Origin: Mobula hypostoma
Lineage: Eukaryota
Reading direction: 5' to 3'
NCBI RefSeq assembly: GCF_963921235.1
Contig: NC_086098.1
Span: 2,976,001-3,040,000, forward strand
DNA: 64,000 bases
The first letter of the stretch is position 1; each line of letters starts with the position of its first letter. Shown here one piece after another: positions 12,746 to 25,074 of the stretch. The notes under the pieces were generated by a model. The model saw only the letters and a list, made by a program, of their open reading frames with translations, had not been told where the DNA came from and made no database searches. Both the position numbers and the translations under genes were made by a program.

Positions 12746-13650
12746 GGGCAGAAGAATATATATCAAGAATTACAGGTGAAGCATAATTTTTTTTAAATGG
12801 TTAGAGGAATTACTGTCAAAAATAATGTGGTTATGAAAGAGTTAAAAAAAGAAATTAAATTATTACTCTCTTTACTGCCTTCAGTGACAGGAGGTTATAG
12901 TTATCGCTGACAATGCAAGTATGAGGGAAGGAAACCCTTTTTTTTCTTCTTTTCCCTGTTCCATGTGCTGGTGGGAAAATTCAGGAACCACTCACATGTC
13001 AGCATTTGCAAAACACAAATCCTCTGACATTTCACTGATGCTCGCATGCAAATGTCCTAACAGCCTGCGTGAGGCAAAATCATCTTTATACCTCCTCTCT
13101 GCTTCCTCTCACTAATAAAAAAACAAAGGTTGGGGGGAGAACAAATAAGTCATATTCATCAAAGTAATTGTGTGGGTACTTTCAGTTCCAAACTGACCAG
13201 GATGAAGAATTAAACTGCTGGCGGCAGCTGTGGCAGCCATGAATCATGGTCAGTTACATCAGGGCCCCACCACCATAAAACAAAAGCTGTTGGTGAAAAA
13301 TGCCGCAATTAAGTGATTTGATTTCTCCTGCCCCCTCCCCCTCCCCCACCCTTTCCCTTCCCTGTTCCATTGGTGCAGACCTACAAAGCAGACATTGATG
13401 GGAAAAATTACTTTTAGTGATCTCTGACAGAGTCTCTGCACAATTCTGCAGAAAGGACAACAAATCAAATGCATATTCGAACAGGTATGAAAAAATGTAC
13501 TGTATGCTGTTTCACAAATACCCAGAGCTTAACCAGACATGTGCTCTCTTTCTTAGTGACATTCCTTGCTTAAGGTAACAGAAATGATGGCAAAAATACT
13601 TCCAAAGTGCACTTTATTTATTTGTTAATTTATTTATGGTAATATTATCT

Positions 13651-13892
13651 TGTGTGTGCGTGTGTATGTGTGTGTGTGTGGCGGTTGTGTGTGTGTGAGT
13701 GTGTGTGAGTGTGTGTGGTGAGTGTGAGTGAGTGTGTGTGTGTATGTGTGTGGTGAGTGTGAGTGAGCGTGTGTGTGTGTGTGTGTGAGTGTGTGTGTGT
13801 TTGTGTGAGCGTGTGTGTGTGTGTGGTGAGTGTGAGCGTGTGTGTATGTGTGTGTGGTGAGTGTGAGTGTGTATGTGTGTGGTGAGTGTGTC

Positions 13893-13923
<31 letters not shown>
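13651..13923. repeat. Compound (TG)n/(TGAG)n + (GA)n microsatellite
   Basis: Direct reading. Confidence 0.98.
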
Positions 13924-14004
13924 TATGTTCCGTGTTTTGCACCTTGGTCCAAAAGAACATGTTTGGTTTGGCATTATTCATGGAAATATTTGATTGATAT
14001 TATA

Positions 14005-14296
14005 CTATTTTATTTAATTTAGTGATTCAGTGCAGACTAGGCTCTTCCAGCCTTCCAAACCATGCCCCCCCCCGCAACCCTGATTAACCCTCCCCCAATC
14101 ACAGGACAATTAACAATGACCAATTAGCCTACCTGGTATGTCTTTGGAATGTGGGAGGGAACTGGAGCACTCGGGGAAAACCCACGGGAAATTCCATGGG
14201 AGGGATGTACAGAGACTCCTTAATGCCAGAATTAAACTCCAGGCTCCAGAACGCCCCAGCTGTAATCGTGTCATGCAAACGGTTATGCTACCATGG
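14005..14296 (-). mobile_element. V-domain SINE
   Basis: Head/V-domain/tail as in other copies. Confidence 0.75.
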
Positions 14297-14448
14297 CAGT
14301 TGAATGACAATGAACTTGAACTTGAATTGATGTGGACTATTATCATTATTATTCATTATCCTTTCAAAGACATTTCAAGGAATTTTTATTCTATATGCAA
14401 TGCTAAAGTTAGTGGAGAAAAGGTAACTGTTGTGTATTTAATATTTCA

Positions 14449-14674
14449 AGGGTAAGTTTTTTACGCAGAGAGTGGTGAGTGCGTGGAGTAGGCTGCCGGC
14501 AACGGTGGTGGAGGCGGATATGATAGGGTCTTTTAAGAGACTTTTGGATAGGTACATGGAGCGTAGAAAAATAGAGGGCTATGGGTAACCCTAGTAATTT
14601 CTAAGGTCGGGACATGTTCGGCACAACTTTGTAGTCCGAAGGGCCTGTATTGTGCTGTAGATTTTCTATATTTC
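14449..14674 (+). mobile_element. 5'-truncated CR1 3' end inserted in the 5' LTR
   Basis: TSD tatttca at 14442-48 and 14675-81; absent from the 3' LTR. Confidence 0.9.
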
Positions 14675-15151
14675 TATTTCAGTAATATTTGAGTAATATT
14701 GTAAAAAAATTGTTTGATTAAGCATTCTACTTTCAAATAATTCATGATGGGTTATATTGTCTTATGGTCTTATGGTCTACAAGTATGCAAATGGCATACA
14801 CCGTCACGCCACCGTGCATCTCACTAAAAGTAAAACTAAGAATATACACGAGTTAATCCTGACTCCATCTTTTCCCTTCAATTAGTTTGATGTTTTGGAG
14901 TTACAAAATGTAACAGTGGAAGTTTTAAGCAAACCTGAGATGATGATCTACCTGTTGAAATACACAAAAACATTTAAGTTAATACTAAAGCACAGTGAGA
15001 AGTGATCTAGCTGAAACAAAAGATGGAGCACAAGTACTTTGGAAGGGACAGACATGGTCAAGTTTTAAAAAAGGCAGAGAATAGATAAATTCATAGGTTC
15101 AAAACCAGTGAGTACCAGGTGATAATGATCATAAATTTAAAAAAAACAGAA

Positions 15152-16230
15152 ATGGCTGGCTACATTAGAAAGATTGACACATTTGATTACATAAGAGATA
15201 GTTGGATATTGTGTACAGAATAAATTGAGTAATATTTTAAGGCAAATAAAATAGCCAATGAGAAGTGAGTACCAATTTTGCTGAGTGCTTTGTATTTAAA
15301 GGCACACAGTTTGCTGAGAAGTGCTTTGCTAATATCTTAAAAGTAATGCAGGAACATTTAGAACCAAAACCATTGTTAATTGCAGACCTCTTTAGGTTTC
15401 GTAAGTGGAATCAAAAAGAAGGGGAGTCCACTTCAGTGTATGTGGCTGAATTGAAGAGATTGTCTAAGCATTGTCAGTTCAGTAATGGGCATAAGGATGC
15501 ACTAACAGATCATTTAATTTATGGAATCTCACTAGAAAGCATTCAAAAAGGCTCCTAACTGAAGGACAACTTACATTTCAAAGAACAGTTAAAATAGCTG
15601 TATCAATGGAACCAGTTACAATCAGGAATGAAAGCAAGTGTGAACAAAATTACAACATCTAAACAGATGTTGTTTAGGACTCACAATATTTACTGTTGGG
15701 CAGACAAAAATAAGTGGACTGCACAGGGAAGAGAAAAAGATAAAAAGTCCAGTTACAGTTTCAAAAAGAGCACTGCTGTTGATAAAAATCTGATAATGAT
15801 GAGAGTGACACAGGTCTGACTAGTCTTGAGATTTTCAATGTGAAAACTAACAATAGACAAGCAATACGGCTTACACCAGAAGGGAATAGCAAATTAATTA
15901 AAATGGAATTAGACACTGGTTCCCCAAATTGAGATTCAATGCCATTTCAAAAATACTGAACTGAAGCCTGCAGATACCCAACTCAGACCTTATACAGGAG
16001 AAAAGATAACTCCTGTGGAAATGACATTTCTAATAGTGAAATACACCAACCAACAAGCCATATCGGGGTTGTATGTAGTAAAAATAAAAGGACCAGCATT
16101 GAGGGGATGTACAAACGTTTGTAAATGGCTGAGACAACAACAAACTTAATTGGAGATCCATCCACTATTTTCAGGCCACTTCCCCTGCAACTGAGTCAAC
16201 TGAAAGTAAATTAAGAAAGGTACTGGACAA
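15152..16230 (+). pseudogene. Gypsy gag and aspartic protease remnant
   Basis: MAGYIRKIDTFD..W..E*IE*YFKAN..VPILLS; HLEPKPLLIA..RF..NQKEGES..YVAELKRLS.HCQF; LIKMELDTG near 15900. Confidence 0.88.
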
Positions 16231-16257
16231 TGGCACAACTGTCTCCATGAACCAAGT

Positions 16258-17000
16258 TCTGAGAAAGCTTCTGATATGTTGATCAGGTAGTTACTTGTGA
16301 ACTGTGGCTTGGTTTTAAGCTGCAAGAGAATTCAAGGACCTTCAGCAAATTTGCAAGAATTTGTCTTTTGTAACTGTAAAGAATAAGAATCTACTCTGTA
16401 TGCTTTAAAGTTATAGGATGAACTTCAAGCAGGAGGCAAAAAGCTGCTTGTAAAAGTAGGTACAAAGACAGACCAAAGTCCAGCTGGATGAGTGGATGGC
16501 CAAAAAAGAAAGGGGCCAATCGAGATACGAAAATATAGGATACGGCAGGTCAAAGTTCAAAGTAAAATTTATTATCAGAGTACATACATGTCATCACATA
16601 CAACCCTGGGGTTCTTTTTCCTGCCTGCATACTTAGCAAATCTATAGAATAGTAACTGTAAACAGGATCAATGAACAACAAACTGTGCACGTAAATATAA
16701 ATAATCATAAATAAATATATATAACTGTCGTGGATGAGGAAACCAAGAGAAGAGTGCAGATTGTCAGGGGAGCAATGGAAGCATTAATAAAAGAATACTC
16801 CAGTAAAGAAAATGGACCTTCCTGAGACCAAGATGCCCATTCTAGAAAGCAGAAAAGGGAAAAGAAAGAGGAGGATAACATCAGTGCCATAGAAATGGCA
16901 GAGGATAAACAAAACCTAATTTCTGGAAAAATTAGCAAGAGTTACAAGAAATTAGTAGAATAAAAAGAAAGATGAGAAAACAAAGACAAGAAGTTTAAAA
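16258..17000 (+). pseudogene. RBM25: Processed RBM25 fragment (RRM and downstream charged region), with stops and frameshifts
   Basis: Translates SEKASDMLIR*LLVNCGLVLSCKRIQG..LQEFVFC..KE*ESTLYALKL..LQAGGKKLLVKV..QLDEW.AKK / DEETKRR....GAMEALIKEYSS / ISAIEMAEDKQNLIS.KISK, collinear with vertebrate RBM25 as I recall it. Confidence 0.88.
16551..16722 (-). mobile_element. Rex1-type 3' tail inserted into the RBM25 fragment
   Basis: tcaaagttcaaagtaaaatttattatc..catacaaccctg, same as 12265 and 63255. Confidence 0.7.
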
Positions 17001-17719
17001 GACAATTTAAAATTTATTATGTTGTGGATATCTGTATAGTAGTTGTACTATGTAGTATATTTACATATATAAGTTGAGATACATCATTCTATATTGAGTT
17101 GGAATTTATAGCTAAGCAGGGAGGAGTGTTGTGTGTTTAATATTTTAGTAATATTTGAGTAATATTGTAAATATACTGTTGATTAAGCATTCTCTGTTTA
17201 ACTAATCGAATATGGGTTATATGTAAAAGTACATAAATGGCATATGTCATCATGCCACCATGTCATATGTGGGCAACTGGCTAAAAGTAAAACTAACAAC
17301 ATACATGAGGTATTCCTGACTCTGTCTTTTCCTTTCAATTAGTTTAATGTTTAAGGTTTTGGAGTTACAAAATATAAAAATAACTATACGTGCTAGTCAT
17401 ATGAGGTAATAAATTTAGCTAATCTTAGCAAACAACAGAGGCTGTTTCACACTGAAAAGCAAACACTTTAGCTCTGAATGTTTATCCTGTTTTCATCACC
17501 ATTTAAAATTTACTATTTCCACTGCAGTTTGCATCTGATATAATGCTTTTGCTGTCATTGGTAAATAATTGCTTACCTCAGTGTGCTTTACAGACATAAA
17601 TTTCCTTATGAACTAAGTGTTTTGAATATTTCTTAGCATCATAAATTGTCGGATGAGTGGCATTAATATTGTATTTCCTCAATGCAGTGGAAAGTTGTAA
17701 GGTCTTTCACTGTCACGCC

Positions 17720-18066
17720 GAGGTCTCTTCTGACAGATGCCATTGGGAAGGAGGTACAGAAGCCTTAGGTCCGACTCCACCAGGTTCTGGAACAGTTATT
17801 ATCCCTTGACCATCGGGGTCCTGAACCAGCACTCACCTCATCTCCAGGCTGATTCTACAACCCACAGACTCACTTTCAAAGACACTACAACTCATGTTCT
17901 TAGTATTATTTATTATTTTTTTTATTTGCACAGTTTGTCTTATTTTGCACATTGGTAGTTTGTCCATAGTTTTTCATTGATTCTATTGTGTTGATTTGCT
18001 CTATCCTGAATGCCTGAAGGAAGATGAATCTTAAGGTAATATATGGCCACTTTAAACTTTGACTTT
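17720..18066 (+). mobile_element. Rex1/Babar-type 3' end
   Basis: GRRYRSLRS..TRFWNSYYP..I..LN, matching the C-terminus of ORF 46622-47395. Confidence 0.7.
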
Positions 18067-18325
18067 TTTAGTTTCAGTTCACCAGAACTAATTTAGTGAA
18101 CATTACAATTTTGAAATCAATTAGAGAATTCCTAATAAAACTTTGGGAGCAATCAGCTGATAACTTAATGTAAAGATGTACTTTTATAGCATCATAAGTG
18201 TACAAATAGTTTATTTAAAAATGTTTAATCCCTGAACAAAATACATTAGTATCCTGGGGTACCTTACCTGGGAATCTTTTCAATTACCCTGTTCAATGCA
18301 AATAGATAGCAAGATGGTGATATAC

Positions 18326-18660
18326 ATCTACCAAAGGAGATGTAAGGTGCTGCTTCCCTCCGCTAAACTGTAGGTCACCCTTGGGCAAGGCGTAGCACCT
18401 GCTTAGCCCCAGTCAGAGTCACATAAAGACTTAGGAGCAGATGGTGGATGGTTGTATTAGCAGCTGGTGCATATCACAAGTACTAGTTGTGTGATCACTA
18501 ACATCAGGCAGATAATCTCTGAAGAGTATTGATAATGGCTGGGGTCATCTGCCTTGTAAAGACACTGGCCAGGAAGCAGCATTCGCGAACCACTTCTGCA
18601 GAAAGGCTTACCAGGAGTTTTCATGGTTCTACATCATACAACATGGTTCATAATGAATGA
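18326..18660 (+). mobile_element. Short interspersed repeat, possibly RTE-related
   Basis: GC-richer block ending in a taatgaatga tail; family assignment weak. Confidence 0.35.
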
Positions 18661-18676
18661 ACAAACGTAGGAACGC

Positions 18677-18898
18677 AGCAACACACAGAAAATGCTGAAG
18701 GAACTCGGCAAGCCAGGCAGTATCTATGGAAAAGATTAAACAGTCAACGTTTCAGACTGAGATCCTTCATCAGTCCTAATAAAGTAACTCGCCCAAAACG
18801 TCGACTGTTTCGTCTTTTCCATAGATGCCGCCAGGCCTGCAGAGTTCCTCCAGCACTTGTGCTTGTTACTTTGATTTCCAGTATCTTCCGATTTTCTC
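18677..18898. mobile_element. Palindromic Penelope-derived repeat with two inverted degenerate hammerhead motifs
   Basis: Arms atgctgaaggaactc..atctatggaa / ttccatagatg..gagttcctccagca; centre cagtcaacgtttc..cttcatcagtcctaataa..aaaacgtcgactg. Confidence 0.8.
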
Positions 18899-19467
18899 TC
18901 AAGAAGATATTCAGTTCACACTATTTTGCTGATCTCTGCGTCGATGTTTTTCAGATATTTGCATTGATGTTTACTCATTAATGCAACCAATCAATACATG
19001 AATAAATAAATGAGAGATACACACTCCACATTTTAGGAAGAATGTCTTCCATGAACCCATAAACACTACTTCACTATTCTTTTTGCATTCACACCATATG
19101 TTAACAATAATAAATCTGATTTAGATTCTGAAATTTATATCAAGTAAGATATAAATTAAAGTTATAACTTTATAAAAAGTTCTAACATAAGATGATGGAA
19201 ATCCCCTGTGGCGAAAAGTTTATGTAGCACTGAAGTAATACATAAAATTATTCCAGAAAGCATATCAGAGCACTCGCTGGATATGAATGTCTTAATTTAA
19301 GGAATCTGATATTTAGATACCCACCTTTAGTGTATGATTTATACCAAGGTTTATTGATTACTTTCTGGTGCAGATTTGCATCATTATACTGTCCTCTGTT
19401 AACTCTTGGGATTAAAAAAACTTGCGAGACTTTGAACAAGTGGTAATACAAATACAAAATTCTGAAA

Positions 19468-20775
19468 TAAGACCATAAGATATAGATCATACGATATAGG
19501 AGCAGAATTAGCCCATTTGACCCATCGAGTCTGCTCCACCATCTCATCATGGCTGATCCATTTTCCCTCTCAGCCTCAATCTCCTACCTTTTCCCCGTAT
19601 CCCTTCATGCCCTGACCAATCAAGAATCTGTCAACCTCTGCCTCAAATATACAGTACATAAAAAGTTAGCCTCCACAGCTGCCAGTGGCAATGAATTCCA
19701 CAGATTCACCACTCTCTGGATAAACACATTTTTCCTCATCTCCATACTAAAAGGATGCCCTGTAAAGTGAAACTGTGTCCTCTGGTCTTAGATTCTGTCA
19801 CCATAGGAAACAACCTCTCCACATCCACTCTATCAAGTCCTTTCACCATTCAATAGGCTTTAATCAGGTCACCCCTCATTCTTCTGAATTCTGGTGAATA
19901 CAGGCCATCAAAAGCTCCTCATATGACAAACCATTAAACCCTGGAATTATTTTCATAAACCCTCTCCAGTTTCAGCACATCTTTTCTAACATAAGGGGCA
20001 CAAACCTGCTCACTAGTTCTCTTGAAATGAATGCTAACATTGCATTTGCCTTCCTCACTACAGACTTGATCTGCAAATTAACCTTCCTACACAAGGACTC
20101 ACAAGACCCTTTGCACCTCAGTTTTTTGTACTTTTTATCCACTTAGAAGATAGTCAGTCCTTTCTTTTCTTCTATCTAAGTACATGACCACACACTTCCG
20201 GACACTGTATTCCATTTGCCATTTCTTTGACCATTCTACTAATCTGTCTAAGACCTTTAGTAGCCTCTACTCCTACAAAACTACCTGCTATCTTCATATT
20301 GTCTGCAAATTTTACAACAAAGCCAATAATTCATCCAAATCATTGACATATAACATAAAAAGAGACAGGCCCAATGGCTCCCTTTATTCTACTCTTTGCC
20401 TTCTGCCAATCAGCCACTGCTTTATCCATGCTAGAATCTTTCCTGTAATACCATGGGCTTGTAGCTCGTTAAGCAGCCTCATGTATGGCACCTTGTTAAC
20501 TGATTCTCCTTTTGTCTAACCTGTTTGTTATTTCTTCAAAGGATTCCAACAGATTTTTCAAGCAAGATTCTCCCTTGAGGAAACCATGCTGACTACGACC
20601 TATTTTATCATGTGCCTCCACGTACCCTGAAACTCATCGTTAATAATCAATTCTGACACCTTCCCAACCATTGAGGTCAGACTAACCGGCCTATAGCTTC
20701 CTTTCTTCTGTCTCTTTCCCTTCTTGAAAAGTGGAGTGATATTTGCAATTGTCCAGTCTTCCAGGACCATTCCAG
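19468..20775 (-). mobile_element. CR1 ORF2 3' half, internally deleted
   Basis: Tail ataagaccataaga; collinear with 1388-2860. Confidence 0.85.
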
Positions 20776-21094
20776 ATGCTGGGAAAATGCTGGAAAACTG
20801 AATAGAAGTTGCTGGTAGTAATAAACGCTAGGGTTTCAGCAGGTGCTGGAAATCCAGAGTGATGTTCACAAAATTCTGAAGGAACTCAGCAGGTCAGGCA
20901 GCATCTATGAAGGGGATTAAACAGTTGAGGTTTTGGGCTGAGACCCTTTTTTCGTTGTTGTAAATATTCATCCTATGCCAAAACAACAAGTCCCAGAAAT
21001 GCTCAGTAGGTCAGACAGCTTCCATGCTGAGGGATAGATTTCAAATTCCGGACAGATGCAATCATGCCTCTGTGATGGATACTCACTATGGCCA

Positions 21095-21448
21095 TAGACT
21101 ATACAGCCATACTGCACAGGAGCAAAATGCAGCCATTCAGCCCATTCAGTCTGCGCTGCCATCCCATCGTGACTGATTTATTGTCCCACATAACCCCACT
21201 TTCTTGCCTTCTCCCCGTAACCTTTGATGTCCTTACTAATCAGGAACTTCCACTTTGAATACACCCAGTGACCTGGCCTCCATAAAAGTCCATGGCAAAA
21301 TATTCCACAGATTAACCACACTCTGGCCAAAGAAATTCCTCCTCATCTCTGCTCTAAAGGGACATCCCTCTTTTATAAAGCTGCGCCCTCTGGTCCTAGA
21401 TTTCCCCACTATTAGAAACATCCTCTCCACATCCACTCTATCTAGACC
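21095..21448 (-). mobile_element. CR1 3' end
   Basis: ORF 21236-21436 DVERMF..SRTRG..FRAEMRRNFF. Confidence 0.85.
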
Positions 21449-22609
21449 AATTAATATAAATATTCCTTGCTCAGCCTCTTACTGAGGGCATGAGAACAAT
21501 GAGATTGTCGTTAGGCTATGCTTTAATCAAGAGGGGCTTACATTGACCTAATTAAACATCGCATTCACCTGACCTGACGAATGGGACTGAAAAACATCAA
21601 ATGCAGATAGTATCAAACAGTAGCAAAATATTAGAAAGCAGTCAGGATAACACAAAGATCTAGAATTCATTCCTCAGCCTTTAGTTTCAGTGACGGACAT
21701 CTTGTTCATCTGCAACTTGTTGGTGTGTCTTTTTAGTTTGTAGGAATTTGAATTGTACCTGTGTTTGGAGATGACTTGTAGTTTAGAAATCTTTTGTAAT
21801 TTGGAAAACAAGTTTAAAGTGAATGCAAACAATTCTTTGTCTAACTTAAATATGCATCTAGAAAAATAAACTGTGTTCAAATGACTTTGTTAGCTGGAAG
21901 TATATCCTCCTTGAAAGGGCAGTGGGGACCCACTCAAACAGTGATTACTGACAGCTAGACGTCACAGTGGAGACTAAACCACGAACTAAACTAGTCATTG
22001 AAGTCCAGTTGGATACAGCACATCTCTAGAAAGTGAGGGTACTCATTGAAATTTACATCAAATAGGGCTTAAATTCTCTTAAATTTAGAGTTTACGGACA
22101 GTGAACTCAGTATCATCACACGCCTCAAATGCTAAATCTGGCTCTATCACTGCAGATGTTTCTTGAGTAGTTTTCCAATAAAATGGAGGGTAATTATCTG
22201 TCAATTGCATGCTTAGATCCAAGTCATTTTAATCAGAATACAAATAAACTTAAAGGAAATTTAAACTACAGTAACTTGTGTCAATGAGTAAAAGCAGGAA
22301 GGTTGAAGAGATTGTGGCAACCTTAGTCACTTACAGCTGTCTGTATTGCAAGTTTGATTGATAGGAGAATTAGGGATTATTTCCAAACTGACAGCTTACA
22401 CTCCATCACTATATTCAACCTTTGTGCCTTTACTTGTGATAGCAATCCCTCTTTAAAGTAAAAAAGCAAAAATATTGCATATCGATAGACAGAGAACACC
22501 AAAGTCAAATTCATTCAATCAATAAAAGTGATATAAACATTGTGCTCTCAAACTCCGTGTAAAGTGGATTCAAATTTTTGTACTGCAGGTCAGATTCAGA
22601 TTCAGATTT

Positions 22610-22850
22610 GGGTACCATGGTAGCATAGTGGTTAATAAAAGCTATTACAGCTCAGGGTGTCAAAGTTCAATTCCAATCTCACCTGCAAGAAGTTTGTACA
22701 TCCTCCAGTGAAGACGTGGGTTTTCTCTGGGTGCTCTGGTTTCCTCCCACAGTCCAAAGATGTACTGGTTTGTAGGTTAATTGATCATCGTAAATTGTCC
22801 TGGGATTAGGCTAGTGTTAAACCAATGGTTTGTTATGTGGCACAGTTCGA
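22610..22850 (+). mobile_element. V-domain SINE
   Basis: ggtagcatagtggtta head and V-domain. Confidence 0.75.
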
Positions 22851-23299
22851 AGTCAGATCCTATTCTGTCAATATACAGTGAAATGTATCATTTGAGTCAA
22901 CAACCAACATAAGGCAGCCGGTACCAACGTAGCATGCCCACAATGCACGACAGAACACAACAGCAGAGAATACAACAAGCAACAGCAAAACAAACCTTGT
23001 TCCTCCCTCACACCCACACACACATACACAGCCCTCCAACCCCAGGCTCCAGCCAACTCGTGGATTCGCAGACATTGGACTTTGTCTTCCCCAGTGGACT
23101 CGATCTCTGTGATGGCAACGCAGGACTGCAGATGCCGAAATCTGGAGCCAAAAAGCAGCTGGAGGAGCTCAGTAGACCGAGTGACATCTCATCCTGACAA
23201 ACTTATTTCTGATGTTTATCATAATCAGATGAGAAACAAACACTTTAACTGAACAGTGGTTCCAACATTCACATTTCCTTTTAAACTTCTCCAAGGTCA

Positions 23300-23820
23300 A
23301 TCCATCCCTGCCCTCCCAAGTAACCCTCCATTTTTCTTTTATCCATGTGCCTGTCTAAGAGTCTCTTAATTATCCGTAATGTATCTGCCTCTACCATCAC
23401 TTCCGTACCATGCACTCACTACCTTCTGCATTAAAGCAACTTACCTCTGACATCCCCCTTATACTTTCCTCCCATCACCTGAAAATTACTCCCCTCGTAT
23501 TAGTCGTTGTCTCCCTGGGAGAAAGGCGCTGGCGGTTCACATGATCAATGCTTCTCATCATCTTGTTCACCTCTATCACGTCACTTCTCATCTTTCTTCA
23601 ATCTAATGCAGGAGTTCCCAATCATTTTGTACCCCATGGACCAATATCATCAAGCAAGTGGTCCGTGGACTGCTGGTTGGGAACCGCCGCTCCAATTTGA
23701 AAAGCCCTAGCTCACTAAAACTCATAGGACATGCTCTCTAATCCAGAAAGCATCCTAGTAAATCTCCTTTGCACCCTCTCTAAAGCTTCCACATCTTTCC
23801 TAAAATAAGGCAACCAAAAA
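23300..23820 (-). mobile_element. CR1 3' fragment, degraded and interrupted
   Basis: Similar to CR1 3' ends. Confidence 0.7.
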
Positions 23821-24294
23821 TGATTGCAATCGAAAAATACATAATAGCGTTGCTGATGATTTTTTTTTGTTGATACGTAACTGATTTTAGAAACTTTTAA
23901 ATAGTGAATTTTTTATCATTCATTTGATAAATGTTTATTTATCAACATTGTTCATTGTTTATGAAAAATAAACTTGAAAAAGTATTTTCACATGTTGATA
24001 TTTCAGAATGGTTTAAATCTTAAGGGCTATCTTCATTCCTACTATTCAGGATCAGAATCAGGCTATTAAATTTCCTACAATTGCCTTAAAATTGTGCCCC
24101 TTCACATTAGCAATTTCCACCCTGGGATAAAGTCTCTGGCTGCCCACTCGATCTGGGGCTCTTATCATCTTGTCCAGTCTATCAAGTCACCTCTCATCCT
24201 TCTCATGACAAGGGAAATGATGTTTGTTGCATTTTACTCTGGGGAAGAGAAATAATTTTCAATTGCAGAGTACTGAAAAAGTCATAGATTTACA

Positions 24295-24603
24295 TAGAAA
24301 CATAGAAATATAGAAAACCTACAGCACAATACAGGCCCTTCAGCCCATAATGCTGTGCCGAACACGTCCTTACTTTAGAAATTACCTAGGGTTACCCATA
24401 GCCCTCTATTTTTCTAAGTTCCATGTACCTATCCAGGAGTCTCTTAGAAGACCCTATCGTATCTGCCTCTACCACCATCGTCTGCAGCCTATTCCACGCA
24501 CTCCTCTGTACCTGCTTCCAAGCACCTTAAAATTGTGCCCTCTTGTGTTAGCCATTTCAGCCCTGGGAAAAGCCTCTGACTATCCACACGATCAATGCCT
24601 CTC
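24295..24603 (-). mobile_element. CR1 3' end, (TTTCTATG)n subfamily
   Basis: Very similar to 9676, 26636 and 38963 copies. Confidence 0.88.
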
Positions 24604-25074
24604 AATTTACGATTGAACTCTTTGTATGTGTGTTATAGGATATGAAATGAAAGGTAAAGTTGTTTTTTGAGGAACAATAAATCTCTTTCACTGAGTCTGT
24701 TTAGTAACTTGGAAATGGACACTCTGCCATTTGTTGTGTTTACAAATAATTTTTTCAGCAAGCTATATTTTCAGTCCAGATAAAGCACCTCAGCCCAGAA
24801 TGTCGACTGTACTCCGTTACATAGATTCAGCCTGACCTGCTGAGTTCCTCCAGCATTTTGTGTGTGTTACTTGGATTTCCAGCATCTGCTGATTTTCTTG
24901 TCTATAATTTCAGTTGAATATTAGTTGATGTCCAATGATGAGCTCTGTACCTGTTCCGATGACATGATTTACTGTGAATCAATGTATTTACCACACTGAT
25001 CCATGACTTAATTCCAGATTGTAAAAACACTCAGTGGCCACTTTATTAGGTACAATTGTACACCCGAACAGTCA

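Larger units (their letters stand above)
14428..17379 (+). mobile_element. Ty3/Gypsy LTR retrotransposon, non-autonomous, carrying captured host cDNA
   Basis: 5' LTR 14428-14915 (TGTTGTG...TAACA), 3' LTR 17127-17379, PPT agggaggag 17118-17126, TSD gtaac/ataac, gag and protease remnants. Confidence 0.92.

Noticed and set aside
13379..13484. Possible exon (pyrimidine tract, cag ... ag/gtatga)
   Set aside because: Stops in all three frames; a shorter 67-nt variant is open but unrecognisable; no support without RNA data
16551..16722. Intron within the RBM25 fragment
   Set aside because: No terminal AG; matches an antisense Rex1-type tail
16258..17000. Functional RBM25 gene
   Set aside because: Several stops and frameshifts, partial, embedded in an LTR element
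18677..18898. Classical MITE interpretation of the palindromic family
   Set aside because: Asymmetric ends, frequent half copies, a hammerhead at the centre and a 14-bp TSD on one copy favour a Penelope origin
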